Position numbers and translations under genes: made by a program | In this document: positions 35,606 through 48,759 of the stretch, piece after piece | Numbering within the stretch: the stretch's first letter is position 1 | Layout: each line of letters opens with the position of its first letter | The notes under the pieces: model-generated | The model's input: only the letters and a program-made list of their open reading frames with translations | Database searches by the model: none | What the model was told of the DNA's origin: nothing | Assembly (NCBI RefSeq): GCF_018350175.1 | Contig: NC_058373.1 | Coordinates: forward strand, 102,488,001-102,552,000 | From: Felis catus | Taxonomy: Eukaryota | DNA: 64,000 nucleotides | Direction: 5' to 3'

Positions 35606-37117
35606 CAAAGTGGAACTATTTAAATGCACACATGCATGGATACAGAACCAGTCATCATTCCCTTTATGAGGTCTCACTCCTATCCTGTTCAGATCAATGT
35701 CTCTCTAGGAATGCTATTAGCTTCTATTCCTCAAAAGTCCAAATTTTTCTCATTCATCGAGGCCCCCCTCCATAAATGCTCCACAGACCTCTTGCTCTTC
35801 AGAGGCCTATGGCACTGTGGGTACGTCACCTATGGCACACGGCTTAGTTCCTTATACCAGATCCAACCAAAGCTTTGCTGTCCTCTGACTAAAATATAAG
35901 CATCCAATACGTGTTTGACACGTCCTCTGACTGAGGCCCACTGAACCTAAGTATTTCACTGTAGCCATAAAGTTTCTTGCAGTTTTACTTCTCCTTAGGT
36001 GCACATTCTCTTTACCATTCTTGCTCAATGTGGATGTTCTAATGTTTAAGTCTTTCTGGTTCCATCACACTAATTTTCCAGCAAGCTCATTCATTTTCAT
36101 GATCTCTACTGAGTTCTTTGCCAAGTGCTCAACTGAATGTTTGGCCATATGGTGGTCAGACGTTTTAAAAACAGTTTAGAACTTAATACCAAGATCCTCC
36201 ACAGGTGGCAGGAAATCATCAGTCACCTAATCTGCACCAGTGCAGACTCAGCACTCAAGAGTTTCACTTGTCCTTCTCTCCATGCCATCTCCCCTAAACA
36301 TAAAAGCACTTTGATGCTCTTTCTGTCATCTACTCTTGGTTGTTTGGATAAGGAAGTCTGTAGCACAGATCAACTCAACCTTCATTCAAGGTTCGTATGT
36401 ATGTATGTATATATATAAAATGTCTGTATTATTCTGTATCATGACACATAAAATCAAAAGATTCCGGAGAAATATTCATCAGGCTCTATAGTTTAGAACA
36501 TATAACCTTTTCTGAATATTTGCGATATTTCAACAACAAAGTTAAAAAAAAAATATACTATCTACTGGGTAGCAAGCTCTTAATCTGTGAACTTGAGACC
36601 ATGCATAGTTTCTGGAATCCATTAACTTCCTTAAAACTGTTTGCAAAATTTTCTGAGTCTCATCTGTGGTTCCCAACACTGGTAGGTTCAGCAGTACCAC
36701 CCAGAGCAGGGCTACTCAAGAGTCGGCCTATGGATCTGGGCCCATCAGTAAACTTCTACCAGCCAGACAAGAGAAGTACAGAAATACAGAGTAAGTTTAG
36801 CCTACAGATACTGCCTATCTCACGTGGCAATATGCCAGTGCCATGATATCCAAGTGTCCAATCATGCTTCCAGTATTTTATTGTTTTATAAAAGTACTGG
36901 TGTCAGTTTATGACAGATTAGACACCACAGAGGAAAAAAACTGGTCTTTTACTCCAGACAGTTTGTGAACCACTGACGCAGTCCCCACGCATGAGATTTC
37001 AATTTCTCACACCCAGGGTGGGCCCTAGGGCTCTCTTTCGACCTCACAAGGGTCACCAGGTGACTCCGATGGCTTGCTAGGGAGAGAACCCACTGTTACA
37101 GGGTCCACTGCTTTTAT

Positions 37118-37553
37118 TTAATGTTTTCCTTTTTAAAGCCCTTACTCCGACACGTGATGGAAAAATGTGACAGGCACACGTTTGGAAAAGTAAGACATGA
37201 TCACGGTTAAAAGCGAAGACAATCTAGCCAGAAAGCTTTGTTGCCTGTCAGCCCATGTTGAAGTTCTGAGTGTGACGTGCCACAGGGCTGAAAAGAATGG
37301 TAACTGGTATTCCTCTCCTCCCTCTTCACCCTCTCCTTCAACAGAATCCACACCAACCTCCTCATAATCCTTCTCGAGGGCCTCAGAAAACTCTCCTTCC
37401 TCCATGCCCTCACCCCTATACCAGTGAACAAAGGCATGCTGTGCCTACACCAGGCCAAACTCATGGTCCAGGTGAGCCCAGGCCTCCTGTTGCTCAGCGT
37501 ACGCACAGCTTGCTGTACTGTGGCCACGTCTCCATCAGGTACCACAGGAGGCA
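37118..37553 (-). pseudogene. 5'-truncated processed alpha-tubulin pseudogene (TUBA1B-like) in ATG14 intron 4
   Basis: Decayed PPVVPDGDVATVQQAVRTLSN...[33 protein letters not shown] with frameshift, deletions and lost stop, followed by a TUBA1B-like 3' UTR and A-rich tail; degenerate TSD 37102-37117 / 37554-37569. Confidence 0.9.
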
Positions 37554-38580
37554 GGCCCACTGCGTTTAGTACCAAATCTTCTCTGTGGCGATTTTGTTTT
37601 GGGGAGTTAGAATCTGTTAAAATCAGCTGATCAAAGTCTTAAACTCGCTCATTAGGGAAACGCACAAACTCAGTAACTCCAGCAATTTCAGGGGGCTCAC
37701 AGATGCCTGGCGGCAAACCCGTGGTGTGAGCATCACGGAAGGCTGTGGAAAGAGGATGAACCAATGTTAAGTCACGAGTCTCTACACTGCTCCTGAACCA
37801 GGGCCTCTGGAGATGCATGTGGAGCTCAGTGGGTCACCGGCTGTCCACATGCTCAGCACCTCTTCACCAGGCTGCCTGCCATTCTAGCCTAGTAACCCTG
37901 TGAAACGCCACAGGAGCACCTTAGTAGGACATTTTCAAAGGAAGCTTTTACTCTGTTACATACCACTATAAAATACTTGCTTCTGAACACAACGAGCAGA
38001 CAAGAAAGGGATTCATGAGGTATGATGGTGACTCACTCTGAACTTTAAACACTGATTTTCAAAAATACATGTAATGTTTCTAAGGATACAAGATTTCTAA
38101 GAGGGCTCTCCAAAATTTTGACAACCATCTATGATAAAGTATGATATATGCAAATATAATGTAAGATTAATACAGATTAAAATGTGTATGAGACTCACTC
38201 ATGGAGAAAAGCCAATATTCTGTGCTTCTGGAATGAACTAATAATTATAACTGAGTACCAAGCTTCCTGTAAGCAAAGGCAAATGTAAAATACATATTCC
38301 TTAATTTTTTTAACTGACAGAAGTAGTGTATTCAAAGTAGTTTTATACATATACATGCATATATATAATATCTCTTTGAAAAAATATATAAATATATTTA
38401 TTTATTTAAAATCCTTACAGAAATGTTTTACAAGAGGAGGAAGGCAAGCAGGAAACCTTTCCAGGTTGCTATTGCCTTCCCCCCTCCTCCTCTCTTTCTC
38501 TCTCTCTCTAGCTTATTAATCCAACAAAATTCCACACTGGCGCTTTATTAGGTCTAGAAGAAGAGGGGCAAATTACTTAC

Positions 38581-38662
38581 TAATCTTCATTTCTTCATTT
38601 CCTTTACATATTGTTTGTTTTAGCTGTTCAATCCTCATCTTGCAGGACATTATTTTCCATCT
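38581..38662 (-). CDS. ATG14: ATG14 exon 4 (82 nt)
   Basis: ttttaag|AGA TGG AAA ATA... = [27 protein letters not shown](N); donor A|GTAAGT. Confidence 0.95.
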
Positions 38663-38889
38663 CTTAAAAAAATATATATACAATAAATATCACAAATGTT
38701 GGTCTCTTATGATGAATATGATTATCTACCCAGGATCATTATTATTTTGAAGCATATCTTAGAAAACACAATGAAGAAAAGACCAATATAATTATACTTA
38801 TTATAACTTTTGTAACTAACAATGGTGGATTACAAAACAGAACAAAATGTCATTCTGTAGGAAATTAAGACAAAGAAATTCACATAGTT

Positions 38890-39121
38890 TTTTTTTTTTA
38901 ATTTAAATCCAAGTTAGTTAACATATAGTGTTAATAATGATTTCAGGAATAGAATTTAGTGATTCATCACTTACATATGACACCCAGTGCTCATCCCAAC
39001 TGCCCTCCTTAATGCTCATCGCCCATTTAGGAGTCCATGCCCCACACCACCCCAAGACCCCACCAGCAACCCTCAGTTTGTTCTCTGTATTTAAGAGTCT
39101 CTTATGGTTTGCCTCCCTCTC
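38890..39121 (-). mobile_element. Short LINE-1 3' UTR fragment
   Basis: Reverse complement resembles the L1 3' UTR at 56370-56520; poly-T at left; TSD TCACATAGTT at 38880-38889 and 39122-39131. Confidence 0.85.
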
Positions 39122-41054
39122 TCACATAGTTCTTTTATGTGTTAATGAGGACAGAGAAAAATGGTGAAGGATATTCTCAGGATATTCTCTTAACCTGCTC
39201 AGTCCAATATATAGCTAGTGATCCCATGTGGCTATTTAAAAGTAATTTGGAATTACATAAAATAAAATTCAGTTCCTACTCAACACCACCCACATGTCAA
39301 ATGTTCAACACCACATGTGGCTACCATATTGGTGAGTATAGATACAGACAGACCACAGAAGATTCCACTACTACACTGCTTGAAACTCTTTATGCTATTC
39401 CCTGAGGAGACCATTAACATCACTGTATTATCTCACTAATACAATAAGAAACTATTACTTGCAAAATAATAAAAAACTCAATAAAAACAGAAGTTTTTTT
39501 CCCCTAAGGTGAATAAAAGATCAGTAAAAATGCAACCTGGTAGTCAGTTAAAAAAAATATGATTATCTGTTCTGTAAACGTGGATAATTCAAAACTTAAA
39601 ACAGCATTCAAATGTTTATGGTGTTTAACACTGGTCTTAATCCTGATGGTATAAGAGGTAGAGCAGACTGCAGAGATAGTCCAGCTGGCGAAGTGCTAAC
39701 CTCTCTGCTGGACAGACATTTGAAAACAGATTCATGGGGACTGATGGATGGATTGAGAGATGAAATAGCAATGAGATGTCTTCACTTTTATAGGGTATTA
39801 GTCTTTAAGAACCAGTACTGAAGTTTTTGATAGAAAAACTAGAAAACAGCACAGGGAATTTAGAAACATGGAAATGGGATTCTTTATAAATAGCCTTTAA
39901 CGATCTTTTTCTATACGACATACTTTGTTTCTATAACAGAGCATAAGAATTCACTTATATCACATATATTCTTCAAGTATTATTGAAAAATTATAAGTGG
40001 TGCTTATTGTGAAAAAAAGTAAACATCACAGAAGAGAAAAAATAAAATGATCGTTAGCTTGACTCCTTCCCATTCTTCAAGGGTAATCTCAAAGTTTAAT
40101 ACGTATCTTTTCAGATTTTTTTTAGAGTATATTTGTATTTAAAACACATACACAGATGGAATCATACTTTAGCCTTTTTATTTGCTCTTTCATTAAAGAA
40201 TTTATCCTGGACATCATTCCGTATCAACACATATGGATTGATCACATTCTTTTTTAACAACTACATGGTATCCATTATTTATCTTATCCTGTCTGATGAG
40301 CATTTAAGTTATTTATGGATTACTACCCATGCAGTAGTCAATCAGCTTCTCTATCCATTAATCCCTGTATTCACGCATTTGTTTTAGGAGGAAAATTGCT
40401 AAATACCACATGTGTAATAAAAAACAAAAAACAAAAACAAAACCCAAACCACCAACTTATCCTCCAAACAAATATGTCAATGTATATATTCTCACCAACA
40501 CTGAGTAAAAGTGTTATTAATCAAACTCCCTATTTTCATATGTTGTACTCATTTTTGTCCCAGTTTATGTTCATTTTGCTCAGGGTCTCCAACACACAGA
40601 ACTTTTAAACTTTTATGTAGTCTGTCAAAATGTTTTCCTTTATGGCTTATAAAGGCCTGCTTATCTGCAGAGTACATAAATACTCTCCCATATTTTCTTT
40701 TAATATTTTTAGGAGTTTACTTTTCACATTTAATCAGCAATCCATGTAGGGAGTGTATATTTACAATGAGTAAGTTTTTTTCAAAAAGGACAGTTTATGG
40801 TTCTTGTATTCCTATGTCAATACCAGACTTGATACTTATCCTTTATAATGGCTCTAAAATTAACTGCCAATATTCGGTGTTTGGTATCTAGATAAAATAT
40901 GTGAGGGCCCACACTACAAATATATTCAAATAGAAGACTGCCAAAAAATGATCAAAATAAATTTAAATTCAAAATGAATTTTTAAGCACTACCAACTTAA
41001 AAGCATGTAACCTCACATAGAAAGAGTATTCTTTAAATACTTCTTACAGCTTAC

Positions 41055-41097
41055 CAACTGATCTGTTATCCATTTTCCTTCCATAGCTTTTAACACC
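41055..41097 (-). CDS. ATG14: ATG14 exon 3 (43 nt)
   Basis: tacag|G GTG TTA AAA GCT ATG... = VLKAMEGKWITDQL; donor TG|GTAAGC. Confidence 0.96.
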
Positions 41098-41227
41098 CTG
41101 TACAGAGAAAAGACAATAATAAATTTTGTAAAGTTCCAAAATGTAAAATCAATGTGTTTTTAAAGTAACTTCTTCAAAATGGCTGGAAATACCAAAGTGG
41201 AACTTGGGCATTTAAAAACGTTTTCCT

Positions 41228-41450
41228 GGGGCGCCTGGGTGGCGCAGTCGGTTAAGCGTCCGACTTCAGCCAGGTCACGATCTCACGGTCCGTGGGTTCG
41301 AGCCCTGCGTCGGGCTCTGGGCTGATGGCTCAGAGCCTGGAGCCTGTTTCCGATTCTGTGTCTCCCTCTCTCTCTCTGCTCCTCCCCCGTTCATGCTCTG
41401 TCTCGCTCTGTCCCAAAAATAAATAAAAAACGTTGAAAAAAAATTTTTTT
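41228..41450 (+). mobile_element. Young felid Can-SINE
   Basis: Near-identical to the 6029 copy; TSD-like aaa(c/t)gttttcc on both sides. Confidence 0.95.
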
Positions 41451-41514
41451 AAATGTTTTCCAAATTCCCCATTCTCTAATTTTTTTCGTCACCTCCTTCT
41501 GTGCTTTAAAAAAA

Positions 41515-41718
41515 ATTTTTTTTTTAAGCTTATTTATTTTGAGAGAGACAGAGAGAGTACAACTGGGGGAGGGGCAGAGAAAGAGGGAGGATCTCAAACA
41601 GGCTCCAAGCTGTTAGCACAGAGCCCATGTGGGGCTTGAACTCATGAAACTGTAAGATCATGACTGGAGCTGAAATCAAGAGTTTGGATGCTTAACTGAC
41701 TGAGCCACCCAGGTGCCT
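41515..41718 (-). mobile_element. Can-SINE, inverted relative to its neighbour
   Basis: Body ending ctgagccacccaggtgcc. Confidence 0.9.
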
Positions 41719-42671
41719 CACTTTTTACACTTTTAATACTGCCCAGAACGTTTCTGTAAACATTCATAGTAAATTTCCATAACAACCAGAGCCTCTGTCC
41801 TCAGTCATAATCAATCATTTCCATCAGTCATAATTATTAATAACAGTTGCAAGAGTATTCATGATATAAAATGTGGATGTTCAGTTTCTAAAGAAACGGC
41901 ACAACCTGACATCTGTACAAATCTGTTCTGTGGGGTGAAAGGTTCTATGGAAGAAACAGAAGTTCCTGTGATTAAGTTAGAGAAATGACTTAAATGAATC
42001 TAAGCAGGTTTCTGTCAGGTGGGGAGTCTCAGAAGATTTAATCTGCTTACAAATGTGTTCATCAGACCTGGGGTGCATCTGGAGGAAAGCGACTGGGTCA
42101 GTTTGGGACAGAAGATTCTACAAGACGATTCTCAAATCCAGAGAGTAGGAGATTCATCAGGGGTGCATGTTAATAACTCAGATTCCAGCGCCTTCCCCCA
42201 CTCCACACCCAGTGAGTCAGAGTATCTGAGGATAGGATTCCAAGAATCTGCATTTTTAAGGTAGTAACATTAGCTAATGCATGTAGATGATATGCAGACC
42301 ACAATTTGCAAAAACGCTGATCCTGAAGAAGAAAGATAAATGGAAGGGGTGATGCCCTATAGGACACTTATTTGCCTACTGTTCTGGACCCATTTGCCCC
42401 ACATCAATTATTAGGGCCAGGGATTTGATTCATCTGTCTAGTCACTGAGTGCCTACTGTGTACCAGGCACTGGGTATGATCCCAATATTTTCTAGGAACT
42501 TGATAATCTCTCCTATTTTGCTTCTTCCATTTGCACTGCTCTTCCATACTTTGAAATTGTATCCTTACTTCAGCAAGTTAGCAATCCATATATCTGCATA
42601 CCACACCACTGAATTAAACCACAGGGTGACAAGAGAACCTCCACACATGGAAAAACAAAAGGGAAACTCAC

Positions 42672-42734
42672 TCTTTTTGAAATTCTTCTTGCTTGCTCTT
42701 AAGTTGGTTTAACCTTTCTTTCTTGTCTATAAAC
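42672..42734 (-). CDS. ATG14: ATG14 exon 2 (63 nt)
   Basis: ttacag|G TTT ATA GAC... = FIDKKERLNQLKSKQEEFQK(E); donor GA|GTGAGT; phase continuous with exons 1 and 3. Confidence 0.96.
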
Positions 42735-42779
42735 CTGTAAGAAAAAAATGTACTGTCTTATTTAAATGTTCATTCTTTA

Positions 42780-42848
42780 AATTTTTATTTTATTTTTATT
42801 TTTTATTTTAGAGACAGCTCACGCACAGGGGAGGGAGGGGGGGAGGGG

Positions 42849-42905
<57 letters not shown>

Positions 42906-43032
42906 TATCCAGAGTAGGCTCCAAGCTCAGTGCAGAGATGGACACAGGGCTCGGTCTCATGACCCTGGGGATCATGACCTGAGCTGAAATCAAGAGTTGG
43001 ATGTTCAACCAAGTGAGCCACCAAGGCACCCC
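42780..43032 (-). mobile_element. Can-SINE with (GA)n expansion, ~45 nt upstream of the ATG14 exon 2 acceptor
   Basis: TSD-like ttaaat(g/a)ttcattcttt on both sides. Confidence 0.9.
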
Positions 43033-43230
43033 TTAAATATTCATTCTTTTCAGTTCAGTGAGATTTTGCAAACCCCTGAGAGCCAATCATTTCTGCAGAG
43101 TCATTGGGAGATGTCACAGTCCTGAAAGTAAGTACACATCTTCTCAGTCGGGTGCACACACAGCTGCTTATGCCATTTGCTCATTTCCAAACCAAGTTCA
43201 AATTCTCAGCTTTAAAATTCTTTCATGGGA

Positions 43231-43640
43231 AGGGCACCTGAGTGGCTCAGTCAGTTAAGCATCCAACTTGGGCTCAGGTCATGATTTCGAGGTTCTTGAG
43301 TTCGAGCCCCATATTGGGCTTGGGATTCTCTCTCTCTCTGCCCCTCTCCCACTTGTGCATGCAAAATAAATAAGTCAACCTTAAAAATAAAGATAAATAG
43401 GGGTGCCTGGGTGGCTCAGTTGGTTAAGCGTCTGACTTTGGCTCAGGTCATGATCTCATGGTTGGTGGGTTCGAGCCCTGCATCGGGCTCTGTGCTGACA
43501 GCTTCAGATTCTATGTCTCCCTCTGCTCCTCCCCCACTTGTGCTCTCTCAAAAGATAAATAAATGTTAAAAAAAATTTTTTTTAATAAAGATAAATAAAA
43601 TTCTTTCATGGGTTTAGGGGTGCCTGGCTGGCTCAGTCAG
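43231..43640 (+). mobile_element. Nested Can-SINEs (43231-43399, 43400-43585) plus a 24-nt SINE head fragment (43617-43640)
   Basis: Three SINE heads; flank TAAAATTCTTTCA(T/C)GGG repeated at 43213, 43596 and 43641. Confidence 0.88.
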
Positions 43641-44145
43641 TAAAATTCTTTCACGGGTTTATAAAATATGTCTAGAAGCCCCACCCCAAAGGTTAAATTA
43701 TCTTCTAAAGCAGGCACATCAGAGCACTACAGTGAATGTGAATTCAAGGAAACTAAGGCTTCTAATATAAACATGATTTTAATTATTTAGCTTAATTCAA
43801 TCCTGCTCTCACCTATAAATTGGTTCCTTATAATTTTTAAAGTGTAACGTTTTTTCCTTACTAATTTTATTGCCAGTCATTATGGGCTAACAAGTTACTT
43901 AGAACAAGTTATCAAAAGGAAGGGATATCACACTGCCGTTCATTTTCTCTGTCAGTCTTCCACCCTTATCCTTATCATTTTCTTCCTGCTCCCTTATTTG
44001 GAGTTTAGCTTGCTCCCCCTCTTTTTTCTTTTCTTTTCTTTGCAGTTTAAGGTAGAAACTTAGATCAATTTAAATCAATTTTAAGCCTCTCTTTTTAATA
44101 TGACCATATAAAGCCATATTTAGTTAAACCCCCAAAGTTAAAGTA

Positions 44146-44408
44146 TTTTTTAAAGTTTTTAAATTTACTTATTTTGAGAGGGGGAGGGAGGGAAGGAAAG
44201 GGAGGGAGAGGGGGAGGGAGAGGGAGAGGGAGAGGGAGAGGGGGAGGGGGAGGGGGAGGGGGAGGGGGAGAAAGTGAATCCCAAGCAGGCTCTGCACTGT
44301 CAGCATGGAGCCCAATGTGGGTCTCGAACTCATGAACCATGATATCATGCATGACCTGAGCTGGAACCAAGAGTTGGATGCTTAACCAACTGAATCACCC
44401 AGGCACCC
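44146..44408 (-). mobile_element. Can-SINE with G-rich (GGGAGA/GGGGGA)n expansion
   Basis: SINE body 44275-44408; TSD-like aacccccaaa on both sides. Confidence 0.88.
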
Positions 44409-45139
44409 TAACCCCCAAATTATTGATAGGGTATATTTTCATCATCATTTAGTTTGGAATTGCTAATTTTCCATAAATTCCCTCCTTGACCTGCAAGTTA
44501 TTTAGAAGTATATTGCTTAATTTCCAGATATGTGAGCTTTTCTAGGTAACTTATTATTGTTTTCTGTTTTTTTGATGTGGTCACAGAATTATACTCTATA
44601 AGATTTCAATCTTTTGATTTGAGAGGTCTTATGGCCTTGTATCTGGTATGCCCTGGTGTAAAGTTCCCTGTGCACCTGAAAGAATATGTATCTATAGCTG
44701 TTGGATACAGTGTTCTATAAAGGTCAACCAGCTGAAGGTGACTAACAGTGTCATTCAGATCTTCTAGATCTGTGCTATTCACTAAGGTAGTCACCAGTCA
44801 CATGTGCTATAGAATACCTAAAATGTGCCTTGCTGCATTATAAGGATCTGGGTTAAAAAAAAAAAAAAATCATAGGACTAACATCACACAACCGATTTTT
44901 AAACAAGTTAACAGTGGCTATTTTCAAAGAAAAAAAAAAAAAAAACAATGATAATGCTATATGCTATAGTAAGTAACATAGTATGGAGTCCAAGATTAGG
45001 CTTTTGGCTGTCTCCCAAATTCCTAGCCTAAATGAAAACAACAGAATAGTAACAGCCCCAGAAATCTCTTTCCTTAAAATCATCCAGGTTAAAAGGAGTC
45101 TGAAATATCATTTCTACTTCAAAATGGAAGGGATTGATA

Positions 45140-45635
45140 CACAAATGGATAAAGACAATGTGGTAAATATACGTGAAGTATTATTCCCCTGTAAAAAAAG
45201 AGTAAGACCTTGCCATTTGGGACAACATGGATAGACCTAGAGGGAATTATGCTAAGTGAAAAAAGTCAGACACAGAAAGACAAATACCGTATGATTTCAC
45301 TTATATGGAGAATCTAGAAAACAAAACAGACAAGAAAATACTTAAATACTGATTACTAACTGGTGGTTGCCATAGGGGAGGTGGGTCGGGGTGGAGGGGC
45401 AAAATAAAGGGGATTAAGAGGGACAAACTTCCCATTATGAAATAAATAAGTCATGGAGATGAAAAGTACATAGTCAATAATGTAATAACATTGTATGGTG
45501 TGACAGATGGTGACTACACTTACAGCGATGAGCACTGAGTAATGAATAGAAGTGTCAAACCAGTATGTTGTACACCTGAAACTAATATAACATTGCATGT
45601 TAATTATACTTCAATTTTAAAAAGAGAAAAAAGAA
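45140..45635 (+). mobile_element. Older LINE-1 3' end
   Basis: ttgccatttgggacaacatggatagacctagagggaattatgctaagtgaa...gttaattatacttcaatttt, typical L1 3' end. Confidence 0.8.
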
Positions 45636-48600
45636 GGGATAAAAAATTCTAATTATGACCCTACCATTTAATAGTCACTGAAAATGTAAAATATATGTTA
45701 AGAGAGCAAATCAAGTAATTTTATACATTTGTATGACTAAATTAAAATCAAAAAAATTCAGTTCTTCAGTTGTACTAACCATATTTCAATAGCCACATAC
45801 AGCTGCTGACTAGCCTACTTGACGGGAAAGATACAAAACATCATCGCAGAAAGTTGGACCAAGAGCACTGCAATGGCGAGTAAGGTAGTAGTTACTACTA
45901 GACTTGAAACAGTACTAGAACACTCCAAAACCAGTATGGAATCTAGACAAACCCATAGATTCACCAGTTAATTTATCAGGCATTTAGTCTGTGTCTGCAA
46001 CTTACAGCAAAGCATCTTCCAGAATATTAAGAAATCTAATTACATAGATTACTGTGTATTCTTGGACACATTATTGACATATGCTTCCATTTCCATGTAT
46101 CAAAAATGAGAAACTAATGGTATTTACTTCTACCTCACTGAGGCTACGTGGTGATTCATGTCCTAATAACCTGAAGATGACAAATTTACAAGACTCATCA
46201 GACCAGGCAAACAAATGACTGACATGGAGGATGAAATCTTGCTTTTAGAGACTATAAACGTTCTTCTTTCAGATCTGTTGTAAACATGCCACTTGGCACT
46301 AAAACAAATTGGGAAGACAAACAACCGTGCCCAGCCTTATACTGAGCAGGTTCTCTTGGGCTTTGTTAAAAACAAACTTAAAATGTAAATATGCAGTTGC
46401 CAGCAGGAATAATAAACAAAAGATAACAACAATTCCTACCGTATCAAACACTTCTGAGTCATGTTATTCTTCAGGAAGGAAATTAAAAATAGGTGGTGTT
46501 AACAAAGCTAAACAGTGGAGTGGATGAGATCAAGGAATGTGGCCAGGTCAGCATTTCAACTGCTCATCTGCACACTCATCCGTTCTCTGCATTCTCCATC
46601 ACACCACTGATGGAAAGATAAAAAAAAAATCCACTCCACAATTTTGTGCTCTCTCAATCTGGTTTCCAAGAGGTAGAAAGATTCATACAATCATCACACT
46701 CAACTAGATTTAAGGATACATGTTTTACCAAAGAAGGGGGGAAGAAGGAAATGTTTTATGTACTGCCTTTCAAGGAGGGCTGATCACGTAAAATATCTGG
46801 TCTTCCTCCAGGTCAGAACATACACACTAATTTCAATCTTTAACAAACACACAGAATCTCACTGAGTGGACATCCTATAGTTTATTCATATGAACTCCTA
46901 CTGATGAACATGGGCATCATTTCTGAATTTTCACTCTTTATCAGTAATGTTATAAGTGAATATCCTAGTGCACAAATCTTTAAAAGCTTTTATTTCTCAG
47001 AAATTCCTATAAATAAAATAAACTGCTGGGTCAAATACTTACATGCTAAATTCTGGCAGTTGGCTTTAAATTTCCTCGCAATCATTTCATATAATTTACA
47101 ACCCCACCAACAGGGAGTAACAGAACCTGTTTTATCTCACTCTCTCCAAAGACAGCACATTTCTTTTTAGTCTTTACTAAATTAATCGGCCTCCTACCCC
47201 TTCCCCCAAAGATAGTTCATAATTCATTTATTTGTCTTTCTTTATTTCACTATTAGAAATGTTGGAATGCCTTTTCCTTATTGACTACTTACTTCTCTTT
47301 TATTGTTCCCCTATGTCTTTTGTTCATTTTTCTAATAGCTTTTTTAAGGGCTATTAGGGAAATTAGCCATTTTTCTTTCCAACATCATGACATTATTTTT
47401 TCTCAATTTGCTTTCTGCCTACTTACGTTTCTGCTTTAGAGAACTTTCCAAACTTTTACACAGATACATTTAGCAATTATTTTGATGTCGAATGACTCTA
47501 GTTTTGTGTTGTTTTCTGAAAGGAGTCTGCCAGTGAACCTGTACCAAGCACCAGGGCTTTTACAACACTATTTGTTATATTTTCTCTCCCAATTTAAAAA
47601 TACCTTGTATATTATCTACCAAATTCCTCCAAAACTTAAGAGTTGTTTTTTTCCCTAAAAAAGCACTTCCTTAAATGGACTTCGTCTCCTAAATTCTTCC
47701 ATACTTTTGCAACGATGATCTTTTCCCCCATTAACAAAGTACTCCCTTAAACTGACTTTCAAACAGTCCCCCTGCAACAGAGAGTGATGAGAATTAGGAG
47801 CCCGTGGTCACACAGCACCCGGGTGGTACCAGAGTTGGCACATGGCCCAGTTTGGGGCATTACGCCTGTCTGGGCTAACCTGGGGATGGGTTAGAGCCGG
47901 CCCTGCGAAGGGAAGGAAGGCATTAAAAGCAAAGGAAATGTTGCTGTTTCACAAGGCAAAGAGCTACTTTATCCGCACCAACGCATCTCAACACAGCAGG
48001 TAGGATAACAGGGTTAGGAGTGTGCTGCTGCTGGGGCATCAGTCAAGAGTGTGAGCCCCGTCACTCCACACTGTTCCAGGGCCACAGACCATCATGGGCG
48101 ACTGAGTGGATCTATTCACAGGCTGGACTATTCACACAAACCTGCTTCATACCACGAGAAAACAGCACCAGAGCGTGTACTCTATCAGGGATCCATATTG
48201 TTAATTCTATTAATTCTAGGTGATAACATCCTCATAACACCCATAACTTAGAGTACTTTCTATGTCCTAAGCATATCCTTTCCTACAATAACTCTAATCC
48301 CTCCATCTGCCTGCCCAGCGCTTACCCTCATCCTAGAGGTCTTTGTGCCTAAGAATATGGCAACAGAAAAGTCTGAGAAATACTAATGAATTTTGAGAAA
48401 GGCAAATAATAAAACCTTTCAAATATGGAGTTGAGAGACTTAAAAAATATTAAACCCTTTGAACCAGCTATTGCAGTTCAAAGAAATAGATGAGAGATGA
48501 GATGAATATTTATGTTTGAAGGCACCAATCACAAAATCAGTCATAACAGCAAAAATTGGACACAATGTTAATGTTCAATAGGAGAATGATTTATTAAATG

Positions 48601-48737
48601 ATACTATACTGCCATGCATGACACTGTAACATTTTTGAGGACAAGACATGAGCATGTGTTTTAGGAGGTGTTGGGGGGGGGGGGGAAGGCACAACACACT
48701 AGGTACACGTTATGATTCCAAATGAAAAAATGTATTG

Positions 48738-48759
48738 CGCACACACACACACACACACA
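48738..48759 (+). repeat. (CA)n microsatellite
   Basis: About 10 CA units seen directly. Confidence 0.85.

Noticed and set aside
37305..37340. Link between the tubulin retrocopy EEY and the FBXO34 EEY
   Set aside because: No nucleotide similarity beyond the few shared codons, 28 kb apart on opposite strands; co-location looks coincidental.
37815..37852. 9-bp inverted repeat GCATGTGGA/TCCACATGC as a possible pre-miRNA
   Set aside because: Stem too short and irregular for a miRNA hairpin; expected by chance in 64 kb.
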